Notes: generated from the sequence alone by a model not told the origin. A stretch of 64,000 nucleotides of DNA from Eledone cirrhosa (GCA_964016885.1 OZ024741.1:237770001-237834000); one strand, 5' to 3'. Shown: positions 1 to 15,215, counted from the stretch's first letter. A program made the numbers and translations.

Positions 1-125
1 CAGGCAACCTGATGCAAGACCTGAGGCCAGGGAGATCCATAGTTGTCGTCAGTGTGAGAAGGAGTGCAAGTCTCTAGCAGGCTTGAAAAGCCATATCCGA
101 GTGTCACAATACTCTTAGCAGAGTT
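1..125 (+). mobile_element. 3' fragment of a BovB-like RTE LINE (C2H2-type zinc finger)
   Basis: Translates HSCRQCEKECKSLAGLKSHIR, similar to the finger HVCCICGKVVLYHAGLASHLRAH of the RTE at 30630-32215. Confidence 0.55.
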
Positions 126-368
126 TGCAGCCATCATGTATGTATGTATGTATGTATGAATGTGTGTGTGTGCGTACGCGTGTGTGCGTGTGTACGTGCA
201 TGCGTGTATGTATCGCTCTCACTCTGATCGATCGACAAGATCCTCGATCTCATTCACTTGCCAAGTGGGGTGGACCTTGTCAAATCGGACCAAGGAAACA
301 ATGTTTCCATTGGCCTTTCCATTGCTGAGAACTATCTACCCTTCGCAATTCCTGGTATCCTCGTAGAA

Positions 369-480
369 GGAGCAATGTGAAATAAAGTGTCTTGCTCAAG
401 GACACAACGTATCACCCAGTCCGAGAATTGAACTTGCAACACCCCGATTGTGAATCCAACTCTCTAACCACGTGCCTTCT
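369..480 (-). mobile_element. tRNA-derived SINE fragment with CORE-like segment
   Basis: Minus strand has a B-box (gttcaattc) and gtgtccttgagcaagacacttt. Closely matches 61934-62052. Confidence 0.7.
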
Positions 481-1154
481 ACTGTATGTATGTACTTCCC
501 TTATTCTTGCTTTTACTTGCAAACCCTAAAAATAATCTTGATCTCTTGACTCAAGGGAATCCCCACACAAAAATCCTCACACAAAAATGCCATATGGACC
601 ATTATTATGAACTAGCAGAAAAACCACCCTTTGGGTGGTTTCCTGCTAGTTTTTGTGTATTATACGCAAATATATAAGTATGTAGATATGATACGTCAAA
701 TAAAATTGTAATTGAGAATATGCACAGAAATTGAAGAAAGACTGTGTTATACTCTCTTCTGTAATCAGTAAAGTAATCCATGATACATTTCAAAAAGATG
801 ATATCATATATAAACTGCATTATGGTGAAATGTAATGAAAACGAAAAAGGAGAAAATTAGCGACAGAAATATAAATGTTATCATATAACGATGCAAATAT
901 ATGAATGTTTATATAAGCGATATAATATAGTGTGTTATATCATAACCGGAAGTATTGACATTTGAACATTTTAAAAGAAGTGAATTTTAAAATAAGCAAT
1001 CATTATATATAAGAATATTTATGTTTAATCAATAGCTACAAAATTTAGTACATAAATTATGTAATATTCATTCATTATTTATTCAAAGTAATCCAACTTA
1101 TTTGACTAACAGGATAAAAAATACATTCAGGATACAATCCTGCTCTCTTCCCTT

Positions 1155-1335
1155 TGCCAGTATCGGTAGAGGGTTGGACGCCATGCTTTACAGCATAGAG
1201 TTACACCCCTTTATTATCTGAGTTCAAATCCCGCTGAGGTTAACTTTGCCTTTCATCCTTACAGGATCGATAAAATAAAGTACCAGTAATACACTGGGAT
1301 AATTGTTGGCCTTGTGCCAAAAGTAGAAACAATTA
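1155..1335 (+). mobile_element. tRNA-derived SINE, family A (Meta-domain-like core)
   Basis: A-box (cagtatcggtaga), B-box (gagttcaaatc), core gcctttcatcctt...tcgataaaataaagtaccag, end gtgccaaaagtagaaacaatt. More than 10 copies in the window. Confidence 0.85.
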
Positions 1336-1708
1336 TATTATGATAGTAAAAGAATTTTCTATTTTAACCAAGTGAATTTAATTGAATCCTGACCTGTTGA
1401 GCCCCACTTCCCCCTTCACCACTCCACCTTCATAAAGAACATATATAGGAAGAAATTTTGATGGAAAATTCATATATGCTCTAACTACTCACAGAATATG
1501 AGAACAAGCTTTTTTAAATATTTGATAAGATTGATATACCAATTGAAACTGGTAATATTTTACAAAATTTAAATCCACTTAATGTAACAAATATAAAATT
1601 ATTCATTCTGTTGGATTAAACATTTTTTTAAAATATACCTGTGTGCTTTTTCACTTTTACTTTTTACCTATAACCTTTGATTTGAGTGGAACTTTACTCC
1701 CCCTTTTC

Positions 1709-1770
<62 letters not shown>

Positions 1771-3002
1771 ATGTATGTACTTCTGGTTTTATAGTTTTAT
1801 GAATTTTTACCAATAGAGAGAGAGTCGGTTTGTAACATAGACACAAGACTTTGGAATTTAGACAACACCAGCTAGGCAGATATGTATGCATGTCTGCATG
1901 CGTGCATGTGTGCGCAGGTATGGATGTTATTGTATGTGTGGATGTGTATGTTTTGAATTATATGTGTGCATGTTTTGTATCTGTACATATATACATACAG
2001 TTATTAGATGCAGAATTTTTGGAATGTTTTACATACTTTTACTGTTCCATTAATGGATTGTACTTGTATGTATGTATGTATAACTTTGGGTACTCAGTGT
2101 TCAACAAGTAAATGGGTTGACACTACTTCACCTTGGAATCAAATTATCACATTGAGTGCTGAAGGTGGTTTACGCCTGCATTAATAGCAATGCAATAAAC
2201 CAATATATATATGTATGTATATATTTATATGTACACACACATATATACACACACACACATATATATATATAATAGCCAACTTATTGGGTGCTTGCTCTAG
2301 AGTCAGATGTCATGTTTTATATTGTATAGAGAGAAGAAGAGAGTTAAAGAGAGATACAGTAAAAATTTACATGTAGGTTGAAGTCGTATACATACTGATT
2401 AAAGTTGTATGTAAAATGTAAGAGTGTTAAAGATACGAACAAACACTGAAGTGAGAATGCACATGTGCATGCACACACATGCATGTGCTCACACACATGC
2501 ATGTGCTCACACACACATAAGTAATTGCTCTCTGCATTTGTATGGAGTTACATTTTCTTTTCACTCCTTCTTTCTTAATGAATGGAAGAAATATATATTT
2601 CAAATCACTGCTTTATTTAATACTATATTTGTAGTGTTAGAATGTGAGTAGTGCAAAGAATAACTTTACTCAAGTACAGGAAGAGTGAATTAATTAATTT
2701 ATTTTTATTAATACATTCATACATTTAAAAAATATATTTATCTACTGTTACCCATTGTAGTAAGCATATATTTCCAAACTTACCCATAATATGACAGGTA
2801 ACACTGTAGTATATATAAATGATTATATTTGGGGAAGGGTCATGTTGCCAATAAAAACACATTAGTTGATTTTTCACCTTGGTTTTATTATTAGTTCATT
2901 ATCTGAAGTAATTGTCAGAGTTCTTTAATCATCGTTTTAACACACAACTTCACATCAAGAACCTTGCAAAACAAACACATAAATGTCTATATCTATATAT
3001 AT

Positions 3003-3330
3003 ATCATCATCATTTTACGTCCACTTTTCCCTGCTTACAAGGGTGGGACATTTATATATATATCATCATCATCGTTTAACGTCCATATTCCACGCTTGCA
3101 TGGGTTTGGACGGGAGTTTTCCCACTTGAGGCAAGAGTGGTTGTCTTGCTCGCATAGGACTGTCTGGCGGGTTTTCTACGGCTGGATGCCCTTCCTAACA
3201 CCAACCACATTTACAGTGTGGAACTGGGAGGTTTTTACCGTGTTACCTACATGGCCACATTACAGCGTGGACTGTGTTTTTTTGTCGTGACACCTGCACG
3301 ACCTCATTTGTTTCGGGCTGGATGTTGTGG
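3003..3330 (-). mobile_element. Non-autonomous RTE-tailed repeat (family B)
   Basis: Reverse complement of gttaggaagggcatccagccgtagaaa and of the RTE 3' tail (gcaagc...ggacgtaaaa(tga)n). Related to 40760-41050. Confidence 0.7.
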
Positions 3331-3429
3331 TATCAACATAACTTTACATTGAAAGGGGTGGTGTGGATGGGGTGGGGGTAGTGGGACGGGGGTGTATTTT
3401 GTTAGAGGTGCCTACTGACTGTAGTAGGT

Positions 3430-3615
3430 TTCACTTTGTACTTAGGTAAGGCGGGTCTTCTCTATTACTGTGTAGCGCCAAAGATCTCGGTCCAGTGACA
3501 TTGTCTTGGAGAGGTGTAAGTGTGTGAGGTCGGAATTTATCAAGTCGTCTCAGGTTTTTCTGGGTCTGCCTACTCCGTGGCTACCGTCTATTTTTATTGC
3601 CCTGCACTTTTTTAT
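3430..3615 (-). mobile_element. RTE LINE 3' fragment
   Basis: Reverse-complement similarity to 40540-40710 (CRA.K.DGSHGVGRP.KT). Confidence 0.65.
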
Positions 3616-3769
3616 ACAGATTTGAGTATGTGTAGGTTGCTTACCGTCACTTTCTGTTCAAGTCATAGCTGTTGAATAATGGTTATTACCGAAATATGTA
3701 TTGCAGTGAATATGAATAAATGAAGTTAATTTTAACCTGTTGACTTACACTTCTTGTTTATATATACAC

Positions 3770-4140
3770 ATCATCATAATCCTTTTAGATCCTCCTTCTC
3801 TGCCAGCATTAGTTGGATAGCTTGTCACAGCCCATGACTAGACAGGTAAGAGAGACCTCATCCTGCTCATATGCTTGATATTTGGTTTCTACCACTGAAT
3901 GCCATTTCTAATACCAACCACATTACAGAGTATACCAGTTGCATTTTATTGTGGTATAAGCACTAGTACTACCATTTTATATAGAGTAATGGGTTACCAA
4001 TTACATTACAGAGTTAACAGGGTACATTCTATCATGGCACCAATGCTAGAGAAGTTGTCAGGTATTCAACAGTGCCAGAGAGCTCTCTCCACTCTAAGTT
4101 GTCTCCATTTCAGTTTGTTCACCCCCCCACCCCATAGGGA

Positions 4141-4173
<33 letters not shown>

Positions 4174-4597
4174 TGTGTGTACTGAGTGAATACATTATGA
4201 CAAAAGTTGTCTTGTCTACTGAAGGTTAAATGATCTCTCTAATCCATGTAGTCTCTTGTCTTTTCCCTAATTTATAGTTAGTGGTACAGTGTTTGTGCTG
4301 TTGGATGGGGTTTCTTTATAAAGGAATATTGCCAATTAGCTCAGCCCTGTGTCATCTATTCAGTTTGTTGAGATTATTTGTTGCAACTTCATCCCATCTC
4401 TCCCTTGTCTCCTTCTACTATAGGTTCCATCTACTTCAAACACTCAGCACTTATTTATACAGTTCCCTCTCTCTTTCCTAATGACTCACATGACCACACC
4501 AGCACATTCACCTCTCTTGCATATTACATTCAATTCTTATGCCCAGCTTTTCTCTCAGTTCATTAGCGCTCTGTCGATCATGTACACTAACATTACA
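3770..4597 (-). mobile_element. Degenerate family-B repeat followed by degenerate RTE 3' fragment
   Basis: Decayed tgccatttctaataccaacc motif. 4310-4597 translates on the minus strand to LREKLGIR..CNMQER..CWCGH-like remnants. Confidence 0.5.
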
Positions 4598-4619
4598 CAC
4601 ACACACATAGATGTATATA

Positions 4620-4772
4620 CTGCAGGTTTTCACATAGTTTAAATGTACCAAATTTCCTTCGTGAGACATTGGTTAACACAAAGCTGTGATAGAAAACACT
4701 TACCCAAGGTGCCATACTATCAAATTGAACTTAGAATGAGATAATGGTGAAGAAACTCCTTAACCATACTGT
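4620..4772 (-). mobile_element. Degenerate tRNA-derived CORE-like SINE
   Basis: acacttacccaaggtgcc and ttgaact (reverse B-box). Confidence 0.5.
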
Positions 4773-5529
4773 TGTGTTGAACACTCTTTTGGGATTAAAG
4801 AAATGGACTCAGCGGACTATTATAAATAAGCAATGTTGTCTTGTTGGAGTCTCGTTTGAAAGTCTCATGTTTTGTAGTCGGAAGTTACACCTGAGATAAA
4901 ATTGTTTATACCCCTGCATTGTAGAAAATATAACCAATTCAAAGGGTTATAAAACATACAGTCCTGCCTATGTCCATTGTTGATTTGTTCATGCTGTTAT
5001 AAAAATAAAATTGGCCTTCCATTGCCACAGGTAGCCAATCCTGTCTAGAGGTACTCTACTCATAGCATAGAGATGCAAATGATGGGGTTAGTGTTAATGA
5101 CGTTGTTGAGAAGCCTTATTAGTTGCATTATTTCCTGTTTTAAGTTGTGTTTTAAATTTGATAAGACGTGGAATGATGACAAGACTATGTTTATATAGGG
5201 CTCTCCTTAGAAGTCAATTTGTGTTGCTGAATTTAAAAGGCCCAAGTGGTATCACATATTTCCTGATCATGTATTTTTTCTGAAATAAGAAATACTAATA
5301 AAGGAGGCAAATGAAAAATCAAAAAAAAAGGTTTTATTCATGTTATGTTTGATAACAGCATTAATTCATCAATGTTTTTTTCTTTTTGTTTCCTTGATAA
5401 AAAAAATATTGGAAAAAAAAAATGACAATTTTCAGAGAAAAAGAAATTTTCTTAAATAACTTGCACTGTTTATTGTTTGGATTTCATGTTAAAGCTTCCA
5501 TTTTATAGTATATAGTATCTGGTGTGTCT

Positions 5530-5597
<68 letters not shown>

Positions 5598-5634
5598 CAC
5601 GCGCATTATATATATATATACATATACATATACA

Positions 5635-5682
<48 letters not shown>

Positions 5683-6049
5683 AATAAATATAAATATATA
5701 TATATATATATGTATGTATGTGTGTGTGTACCATTATAAATATTCATACATGCAAACACTCACACACACATACATATTTATGTATTTTCTGCGTGTGTGT
5801 GTGTGCACGTGTGTGTATGCTAATGAATTCTCTTTAATAATATAATTCTTATTAAAGTTATAATCATGTCTTACTCACTTAAAATTTATTTGATACCCTC
5901 AAAATATTTAAAATTGGATTAGTTTTTGTTTACTCCTGTATTCATCTAATCACATATGTGAGCATACGCATATGTGAGCACACACATATGCACAAACACA
6001 AACACACCAATGAATATGTATATGTAATGTTATATATATATATGTGTGT

Positions 6050-6120
<71 letters not shown>

Positions 6121-7299
6121 TGTATGTATATCTAAGTACATGTACGTACATACACACCCATATATATATATATATACACACATATACATGCATACATACA
6201 CATATACATACATAAATGCATATATACATACATATACACATATATATGTAGGTATTTGTGCATGAATATATATATACACACACATGTTTATATACATACA
6301 TATGAGTATATAAACACAAATAGGTGTATACACAGTCAAAGTAAAGATGGTGAAATATAAGACATGACCCTCCATGGACATTACCACTGATATTTGAACA
6401 GAAAAAAAGTAGAATTGCATATTTGTAGTCTGTTTGTCACATGGTTTAATCTGAGCTGAAATATTTGATGGAATTGAACAATACAATTTCATTAAACAGC
6501 ACTGTAATCAGGTGAGAATTTAATCAAACCAATAATAAAACACACATTCAATATTTGTTGTGTGTGTGTTTGTGAGAGTAAATTAAATGAAGTGTGTAAA
6601 TGTACTTGTGTTGAATTGATGTATCTTTGGTGATCTGTCATTTTAGGCAGACAACTTTCCTGCAGATACATGGAAAAATGGTAAAGTGATGTCCATGTAT
6701 GTTGTGATATTTCCTCTTTTTCATGGATATTGCAATATTTCCTTTCAATTTATTAATAAATCATTTGCAATTTACATATACAGATCAATCAAATATCAGT
6801 AATTTTCATTGTATTCATTTTGCTATGTGTGGTGGTTAGGGCTGTGCTAAGTGTCTGTGAATGTGGATGTCCCAAATGTGTGAAACTTTATATATGACTA
6901 GCGACAGTCTTAATCAAAGCAATAACAATATTCTAACACTTTGTAGACTATAGTATGATACTTTCTACAATAGCAGAGACAGATCAGATCACATTCAACA
7001 TATAAATAGTCACTTGTCATATATAAATACACATTTGGAATACTGATTCATGAACTCATCACTCAGGTACTAATCACCACCAATAGATAAATGATTTAAA
7101 TGAAAATGAATGGTACTTAATTGATCTGTATATGTCAATTCTAAATAATTTATTAGTAAAAGGAAAGGAATTATTACCATATGCATTGGGCATCTCTTTA
7201 TCTTGCTTTTACATATCTACCTATAATGAAAGATTGTTGAATCTTTTGTCACATGAATGATAAATGTATATGTTGTTGAACTTAGGTAAGTAGCTGTAA

Positions 7300-7610
7300 T
7301 ACTAACTATTGTCTTAATACCAAATTTTGTCTTAATATAAACTTTTCATTTAATATTAACTTTTATCTTAATATTAACTTATGACTTAATACTAACTTTT
7401 GACTTAATATTAACTTTTATCTTAATATTAACTTTTGTCTTAACACTAACTTTTGTCTTAACACTAACTTTTATCTTAATACTAACTTTTGTCTTAACAC
7501 TAACTTTTATCTTAATATTAACTTTTATCTTAATATTGACTTTTGTCTTAGTACTAACTTGTGTCTTAATATTAATTCTTGTCTTAATACAAACTTTTCT
7601 CTTAATACCA
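7300..7610. repeat. 18-bp tandem minisatellite (aacttttrtcttaayayt)n, ~16 units
   Basis: Directly visible; gives a 6-aa periodic pseudo-ORF (KVNIKI). Confidence 0.9.
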
Positions 7611-7642
7611 ACTGCCCCATGGCAGTACACCTGACTGTCTTT

Positions 7643-7718
7643 TCAGTGCACTCTACAAGTATAGACTGAAGTACGATGTTCCAGATGCAAATCCATGGTC
7701 TCATGAGATGTATCAATG
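7643..7718 (-). other. Candidate small terminal exon (IDTSHETMDLHLEHRTSVYTCRVH*), possibly belonging to the protocadherin
   Basis: Island of balanced-composition unique sequence between two tandem repeats. It starts at a minus-strand acceptor (tcttctttag|C) and ends in TGA. No homology recognised. Confidence 0.25.
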
Positions 7719-7727
7719 CTAAAGAAG

Positions 7728-7729
<2 letters not shown>

Positions 7730-7758
<29 letters not shown>

Positions 7759-7960
7759 TGTATGTATGTATGTATGTATGTATGTATGTATGTATGTATG
7801 TATGTATGTATGTATGTATGTATGTATGTATGTATGTATGTATGCATGTATGCATGTATGTATGTATGCATGTATGTATGTATGTATGTATGCATGTATG
7901 CATGTATGTATGTATGTATGTATGTATGTATGTATGCATCTATGCATGTATGTATGTATG
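7730..7960. repeat. (TATG)n microsatellite, representative of dozens of (TA)n, (CA)n, (TATG)n, (CT)n, (TAA)n, (GAT)n and (CCA)n tracts in the window
   Basis: Directly visible. Other large tracts at 5530-5730, 11280-11615, 17200-18870, 20837-21210 and 55155-55420. Confidence 0.95.
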
Positions 7961-8158
7961 TGTGATTTTGACTCAAAATAATTTTCATTTTATACATTTT
8001 TTTATAAATTTTCTTTTTATAAACAATTCAGTATATTTTCTTGATTTAATTATAAAAAAAAACAGAAAACAACAAAAACAAACAAATTATCATATATTTA
8101 TAAATAAATATACTTATATATATATTTATGACATGAAATATATTGATGTATTTTGTGG

Positions 8159-8211
<53 letters not shown>

Positions 8212-8749
8212 AACATATATATATAATATTTATATATATAAGCACACACACACATATATATATTGGTTCTTTATAATTGCTTCATTATTTTATTGATTTG
8301 TGTACGAAAAACAATCAGCACTCCATTTCATAATCATAATTAAGTTTGATACTATTATTATTATTATTATTATTGTTATTATTATTATTACTATTATTAG
8401 TGTATATATCATATTAATTATAACATATTGTTTATATTATTATTACTACAATGTCACCTTGTTTGGTATCACGATTATGATGTCAATATCTGCAGTTAAT
8501 ATACTGAAGAAAAAAAAAAGAAAAGATATTAATCTTATCATTATTATTATTGTTATTATTATTGCTACCATTACTGTGTGCTTGCTTTGCTGTTTCAAAT
8601 GATTTATTTTAGAAGTTGAAATTATACCCTCTTTGTTTTCTTTTTTATCACTAGAGGTCACTGACTGTGTTACGCTGAAAACAGACAAAAATAACCAATA
8701 AAACATTCAATATATCGATACGTACATAATACATACAAACATATATATA

Positions 8750-8812
<63 letters not shown>

Positions 8813-10518
8813 ATGTATATATATATATATACACACACATACACATAAACACACACACATATATATATACATATGTATATATATATATATATAATATATA
8901 TATAATGTGTGTGTGTGTAGTATGTATGAATAAATAAAAAAGCTATACTGTACAATGGATTTAAAAATTCAATTTCAGCAGGATAAAATAACAAACCAGG
9001 GTTTAACAATTATATTTGTTTGTATATCTTGCACTTGGTCCTTCTCCAATGAAGGACAAGGAAAGCTAAATGTCACTGGTGCAGTTCACACACAGGAAAA
9101 AAAAATGTGATGATTTCATACACGGATGCACACATACACACACACATGCACGTGCACACACTCATACATAAACACACTCACACACACATACACACAAAGG
9201 GGAGGTGTTTGTCTTGCTTAAGCAAGAAAAAAAGAAAAAAAGAAACATGTAAAGAATAATCACATGCTATGATAACACAGTATTGGATAGGTTCTGGCTT
9301 TCAAACTAAGCCTTGGGCCAAAGACCATTCAACGAGCTGAGTTTTTTTCAACTTGATATGACACACTTTTACGATAATAATCTAAGGAAACTTGAAGAGA
9401 GAAATGAAAAGTCAAAGACATTTCTTTCTCACTCCTCAAAACAAATTTCAATATTGTTGTTTTTATCTTTACATTTATTATTAAATCATTTCTTTTATGT
9501 TTGTAAGTCAGTAACCGCTTTGATATTTCCCTTTGAATAATAATAATAATAATACATCAATTAGCATGAAAGCCAACAACACAGTATGCTACCATCATTA
9601 CAGTAAACACAATAAACATACAACACGTGTTCACTGATGAAAATAATCACATTTGATTTTTGAAAAAAATTAAAAATTGAAAATATAGTGGGGGAAAAAA
9701 AATAACGGACAGCAGATAACATATAAAAACAAGAAAAAACAAACAAATATTTATTTTTATCCAACTATGAACAATATTTGTCCATAGCTGTTGGTTTGTA
9801 TTGAGAACAATGTGTGGTGGAGATTGTGGGTTTTAAAGTTTGTTAAATTTTAGATTGATTTATGGTTTGATAACTTGAAAATTGTTTTATATTGACTAGT
9901 ATTAGTTTTGCCTGGAGAGATATCTTGGGACTATATTCACATACTAGGGACAGGGGAAGAAAAGAACTTCGCATAATTTCATTAAATATCAAATTTATTA
10001 TTTATTTAAGAATTCAAGTGAATAACTTTCAGGGGAGGGAATCCTTTAATCCCTACCTTTCAAGGGAGGGAATCCTGCCATCCTTGCTTGATGTCGACTT
10101 TACGTGACTTCACACATTTTTATTAAAGCTTCATTAGACTCAACCATACTCTGCCCTATTGCGTGATTTTTCGTTTCCTTTTTCAAGCCACCTCAACTTT
10201 AAAATAGGATATGACATCTGAGAGATTATTTTATAATTTTAGGACAAATCGGTACCAACTTTAAACAATACGTTACTTATATTACGAAAATAAAAAAAGT
10301 ACAAAGTACAAAAAAAAAGACGGAAAAAAAAAAAAAAGGAAGGTTCACCCATTTCTCCATAAACTAACCAGTATGTTGCACTTTAGAACTGTATATGAGG
10401 TATGTAGCAGGATATGATGGCAACTGGCCAGCATTGAAAAATCTCACAAGTCTTTCACACAACTCTTATTTTTCAACTTTAAGTGAGGAGAAAATATGAA
10501 ATTATGCTACACTTCATT

Positions 10519-10597
<79 letters not shown>

Positions 10598-11270
10598 ATA
10601 TATATATGTATGTCTATTTAAGTGGTTATAATATCAGTTACATTTGGAGTCTCCCTCACAGTCTCTTTTATGTTCTTCTCTCTCTCTCTCTCTCTGTCCC
10701 CCCCCCTCTCTTTCTCTCTCTCTCTTCTCCTTCAAATAGTAAAGGTGGCACCTGCATACTCAGAATGATGATTGAAAAAATAGAAATATTATATCTGCAA
10801 CAATCAGTGCTGAAGGCAGATTTTCTAAATAGAATTGGACAGAGGTTTTTGTTCAATTTAACCAAAATTTTTCAATATTATTTACTTGGATAAAACATTT
10901 TACAGAACAACTTTTGCTTGAAAATGATGTAAAGTCATGGATATTTCTTGGCTTCATTATTACTCTAAATTTATCCATTATTGTGGTGGTACCATTGCTT
11001 GTCAGTGAAATCCTTTCCTGGACTAACACCCAGTTTCTATTCTTGGATGATCATAGAAAGGTCATCACAACTAGCCACCTTCCCACCTTCATAAATTCAA
11101 GAATTCATGTCTATTTGGGAAATCATTAACATTTGATACACCCACACATGTATAGTTTGAATAAATCTAATTATATAATTCTCTGTAACAGTGAGTCCTT
11201 TGATACATGTGGTCAACTATGGTTACCAGATCACCCCATCCTGCTCAATTGTTCTCCCTTTCCCTCTCTC

Positions 11271-11351
<81 letters not shown>

Positions 11352-11378
11352 GTATATATATATATATGTGTGTGGGTG

Positions 11379-11412
<34 letters not shown>

Positions 11413-11502
11413 CACACATAAATATACATACATATATACCCACATACATAAATACATACATACATATACATACACTCATACACACATATATAAGCACATA
11501 TG

Positions 11503-11618
<116 letters not shown>

Positions 11619-12569
11619 ACGAAAGTCAATCGACTGTCTATATATATATTATATATATTGTGACATCCTCCTATATATATTTTCTTTATCTTGTACAGTA
11701 ACATATTGTACTGTCTTGTACAGCATGGTAATGCAATGTAATATTTTTGTTTCATTTTTGTCATATATAATATTACAAATGATTAAACACTGTGAACTGA
11801 GTATTGTTATAATATTTCACTAAATCTAATTTGCATAGTGAGCTTTCTCTCCACAGCTGAGCACAGTTCTGTTTTTCTTAGCTACGTGCATAGTTTGTTT
11901 TTTATGTGTTCTCTGTTATATTGAAAGTACTCTATGCAGTGCTAAATCGTGGTATTTTTTTTGTATGAAGTTCTATGGTGTGTATATGTATATGTATATT
12001 TATAAGTCACAGAGTTTTGTTATTGTATTTATCTGTTTGGAGGGGTTTCAGGTATGTATTCATATGCATAAGGTTTTATGCATTTATCTGTCTGGGGTGT
12101 TAATTACACACACACACACACATACAGACACACGCACACACATAATGAATGGATATCCAAGATGAAAGATGATAAATAAATAAAATGTCTTAAACTTTTC
12201 CCCTTGAATATCCATTCATTAATTATCTGCTCTCCACCTCTAAATTCATGACACATTGGATTTCTTTATACAAAATTTAATTCCTAATACTGTACAGATT
12301 GAGTTGCTTTGACTTTTTTGCTGGGACTACATTGTACTTGAAACTTTGTTGGCATAACTTCCTTCACCTGAACTTTTACCCCTCTTTATATATCTATCTA
12401 TCTATATATATATCTATATAATGCCTTTATGGTAAATAAAGAAATATATATATATCTATATATCTATATATATATCTATATATATCTATATATATTGTGT
12501 GTGTGTGTAAGTTCTGAGGATTGGTTGTGTATATATGTGTATGTGTAAGGTCCTAGTGTATTTGTTTAA

Positions 12570-12742
12570 TTGACTTTCCCTTCCTCCAAAGTTGTTAGCT
12601 ATGTGCCTAAATCAGAAACCATAAATATTATTACTATTGGCAGTATCATTAGAGTGTTGGACAATATGCTTTGTGGCATAGAGTTCCATCCCTTTACGAT
12701 CTAGTTTCAAATCCCACCGAGGTTAGTTTTGCCTATCATCAT
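12570..12742 (+). mobile_element. Two partial family-A SINE pieces
   Basis: 3' end (gtgcctaaatcagaaacc) followed by a 5' half (tggcagtatc...gtttcaaatcccaccgaggtt). Confidence 0.6.
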
Positions 12743-13093
12743 TATCATCATCATCATCATCATCATTTTCTTCATCATGCAACTAATTAAATCTCCACCA
12801 GTGTCTATATGCATTGTGATGAAAAGATGTGCTTATAGTATATCACTGAGGTTGTACACACATGGATATATATATTTGAGATAGAAGGAAGAAAAGAAAT
12901 ATATATATAGATGAATATAAAAATAAATATGATCAAACATTGTATATATATACTACTATATTTGCCTGTCCATGTCTTTGTTCACTCAGACTTATATCAT
13001 GCACATTAACAAATATACATACACACATATATCTTAACACACACATATTCATGTACACATGCTCACATGTGCACAAACATATATATGTATATA

Positions 13094-13149
<56 letters not shown>

Positions 13150-13281
13150 TAATACTCTGGCATGATGAATTGCATGAAGATCAGGAATATAGAACTGGGA
13201 ATAATGTTTAGTGATTTTTTTTAGCTTCTAATAAATAATATATATATATGTGGGTTTGTGTGTGTGTATATATATATACTT

Positions 13282-13359
<78 letters not shown>

Positions 13360-13366
13360 AAAGCTT

Positions 13367-13403
<37 letters not shown>

Positions 13404-13659
13404 AAATATTTATACAAACATATATAGCTTCATGGATACAGATATGGATAGATACAAAGGTTTATGAATATATAATATAGATATAATATATATTTGTTAA
13501 TATACATGAATCTGACATATACATTTAAACCAAATAGAATTGAACAAATTATAAATGTATAAATAAGTTTCAACAGAACCTTATTTACATAAAATATTGT
13601 CATCGTTATCATGTTATCATTGGCATCATTATCATCTATACATATCTATATATAAAACA

Positions 13660-14075
13660 CCCAATCCACTCTGTATGGTAGTAGGGATTGTGCCAAGACC
13701 ACATACTACCCAGTTCACCTTCTATGGTGGTAGTGCTTGTGCAATGACAATAAAGTACTTAATTCCTCCTGTAAGGTAGTACTGCAAGTTCCATGATAAC
13801 ACAGTACCCAGTCCACTCTGTAAGATGGTAGTGCTGGTTCAATGACAAAAAGGCACCCAGTCACCCTGTGAGGTGGTAGTGGTGGTGCCCTGAAAAAGCC
13901 CCCAGTATATGCTATAATGCGCTTGGCATTAAGAAGGACATCCAGCAATCGAAAACCAAAGCTAAAATGGATTGTATAAGCAACATGGTTACCTGACTTC
14001 GTTAGCCTCATAATGCAACGACCCATCTAACTTATACAAGCATGGAAAATAGATGTAAAAAGTAATAATGATGTT
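13660..14075 (+). mobile_element. Family-B RTE-tailed repeat, degenerate
   Basis: Internal cacccagt..actctgtaa subrepeats, ttaagaaggacatccagc, tail catggaaaatagatgtaaaa. A shorter copy lies at 14460-14635. Confidence 0.6.
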
Positions 14076-14959
14076 GATACATGGATTCAATACATCCTTT
14101 GTATAGATGTGACCTGACCCATACCTCTTCATCACTCTTTAGTAACTAGTTTAATCATCATTCCACCTCCTATATTAATGTGCCACAGCTATGTAATAGA
14201 TGTGACTTCCAGCTTGTCCATATCACATCCCTTCACTTTTTAGTAAATATTTTTTTAATTATCATTGTACTCCTCCACTCAATTTGAGACCACTACTACT
14301 CCTTTTCTCCCACACATTATTAAACAACTTCACACTTGGCATAGCATACACCCATTACATCATACTTATCATTCTTTCTTTCTCCTTCTATTTTCACATC
14401 CTAAGCATGACTGCCTTGGGAAGAGACAATCTCCTCTCTCCATAGTGTAATTACTGGTGCACCCAACACATTCTGTAAAGTATTAGGAAGGGAATCCAGC
14501 AGTAGAAATCATGCCAAACTGGAACAAATGACCAAGACGGAGTTATCTGACCTATCTTGGCTCAGAATGTGACAACCATCCAGCCCATGCTAGCCTGGAA
14601 AACATGTCAAATAGTCATGATACTAATGATGATGATATATATACGTGTATGTATGCATATGTATGTATATGTCAGTAAATACAAATATACATATATATAT
14701 ATATGTCTGGAATTTGCTGTCGAAACGGCAAGAGCTCAGCTGTTAGGCCCCGACTCTCTACTATATATATATGACTGGGTTGTATATTAAATCATATACA
14801 AAATGTTGTTCATGTAAACAAACATTTGTATAGCCTCTCATATATATATGTGTGTGTGTGTTATATGTATTTGTCCATTTGTATATTTTTAATACATTTT
14901 CTCTCTTTTTGTCTTTATCTCCTGCCACTTCTCAATTATATCTAAAAAAGTCTAAAGTC

Positions 14960-15092
14960 TGTCTTTAAGCCAGAAGGCTCATTTAGCCGGTGCTTATCCC
15001 GATTTCAAGGCATGAAGTGACTGAGAGTACAAGACATCCCCCTGGTCAGGACGCCAGTCCATCGCAGGGTTAAACCCCCAGCTATTCCTGGT
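14960..15092 (-). mobile_element. SINE fragment with V-domain-like segment
   Basis: Minus strand ccctgcgatggactggcgtcctgaccagggg resembles the conserved V-SINE domain. Confidence 0.6.
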
Positions 15093-15147
15093 ATATATAC
15101 ATATATATCATCATCGTTTAACGTCCATCTTCCGCGCCAGCATATAT

Positions 15148-15215
15148 AAATGATCATGTGCTCAGTCTGACTTGCATATATATATATGCAAGTCAGACTG
15201 AGTGCATGCTCATTT
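15148..15215. repeat. Spacer-less palindrome centred on (TA)n
   Basis: 15161-15202 is a perfect palindrome and extends to 34-nt arms with two G:T pairs and one mismatch. Confidence 0.9.
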
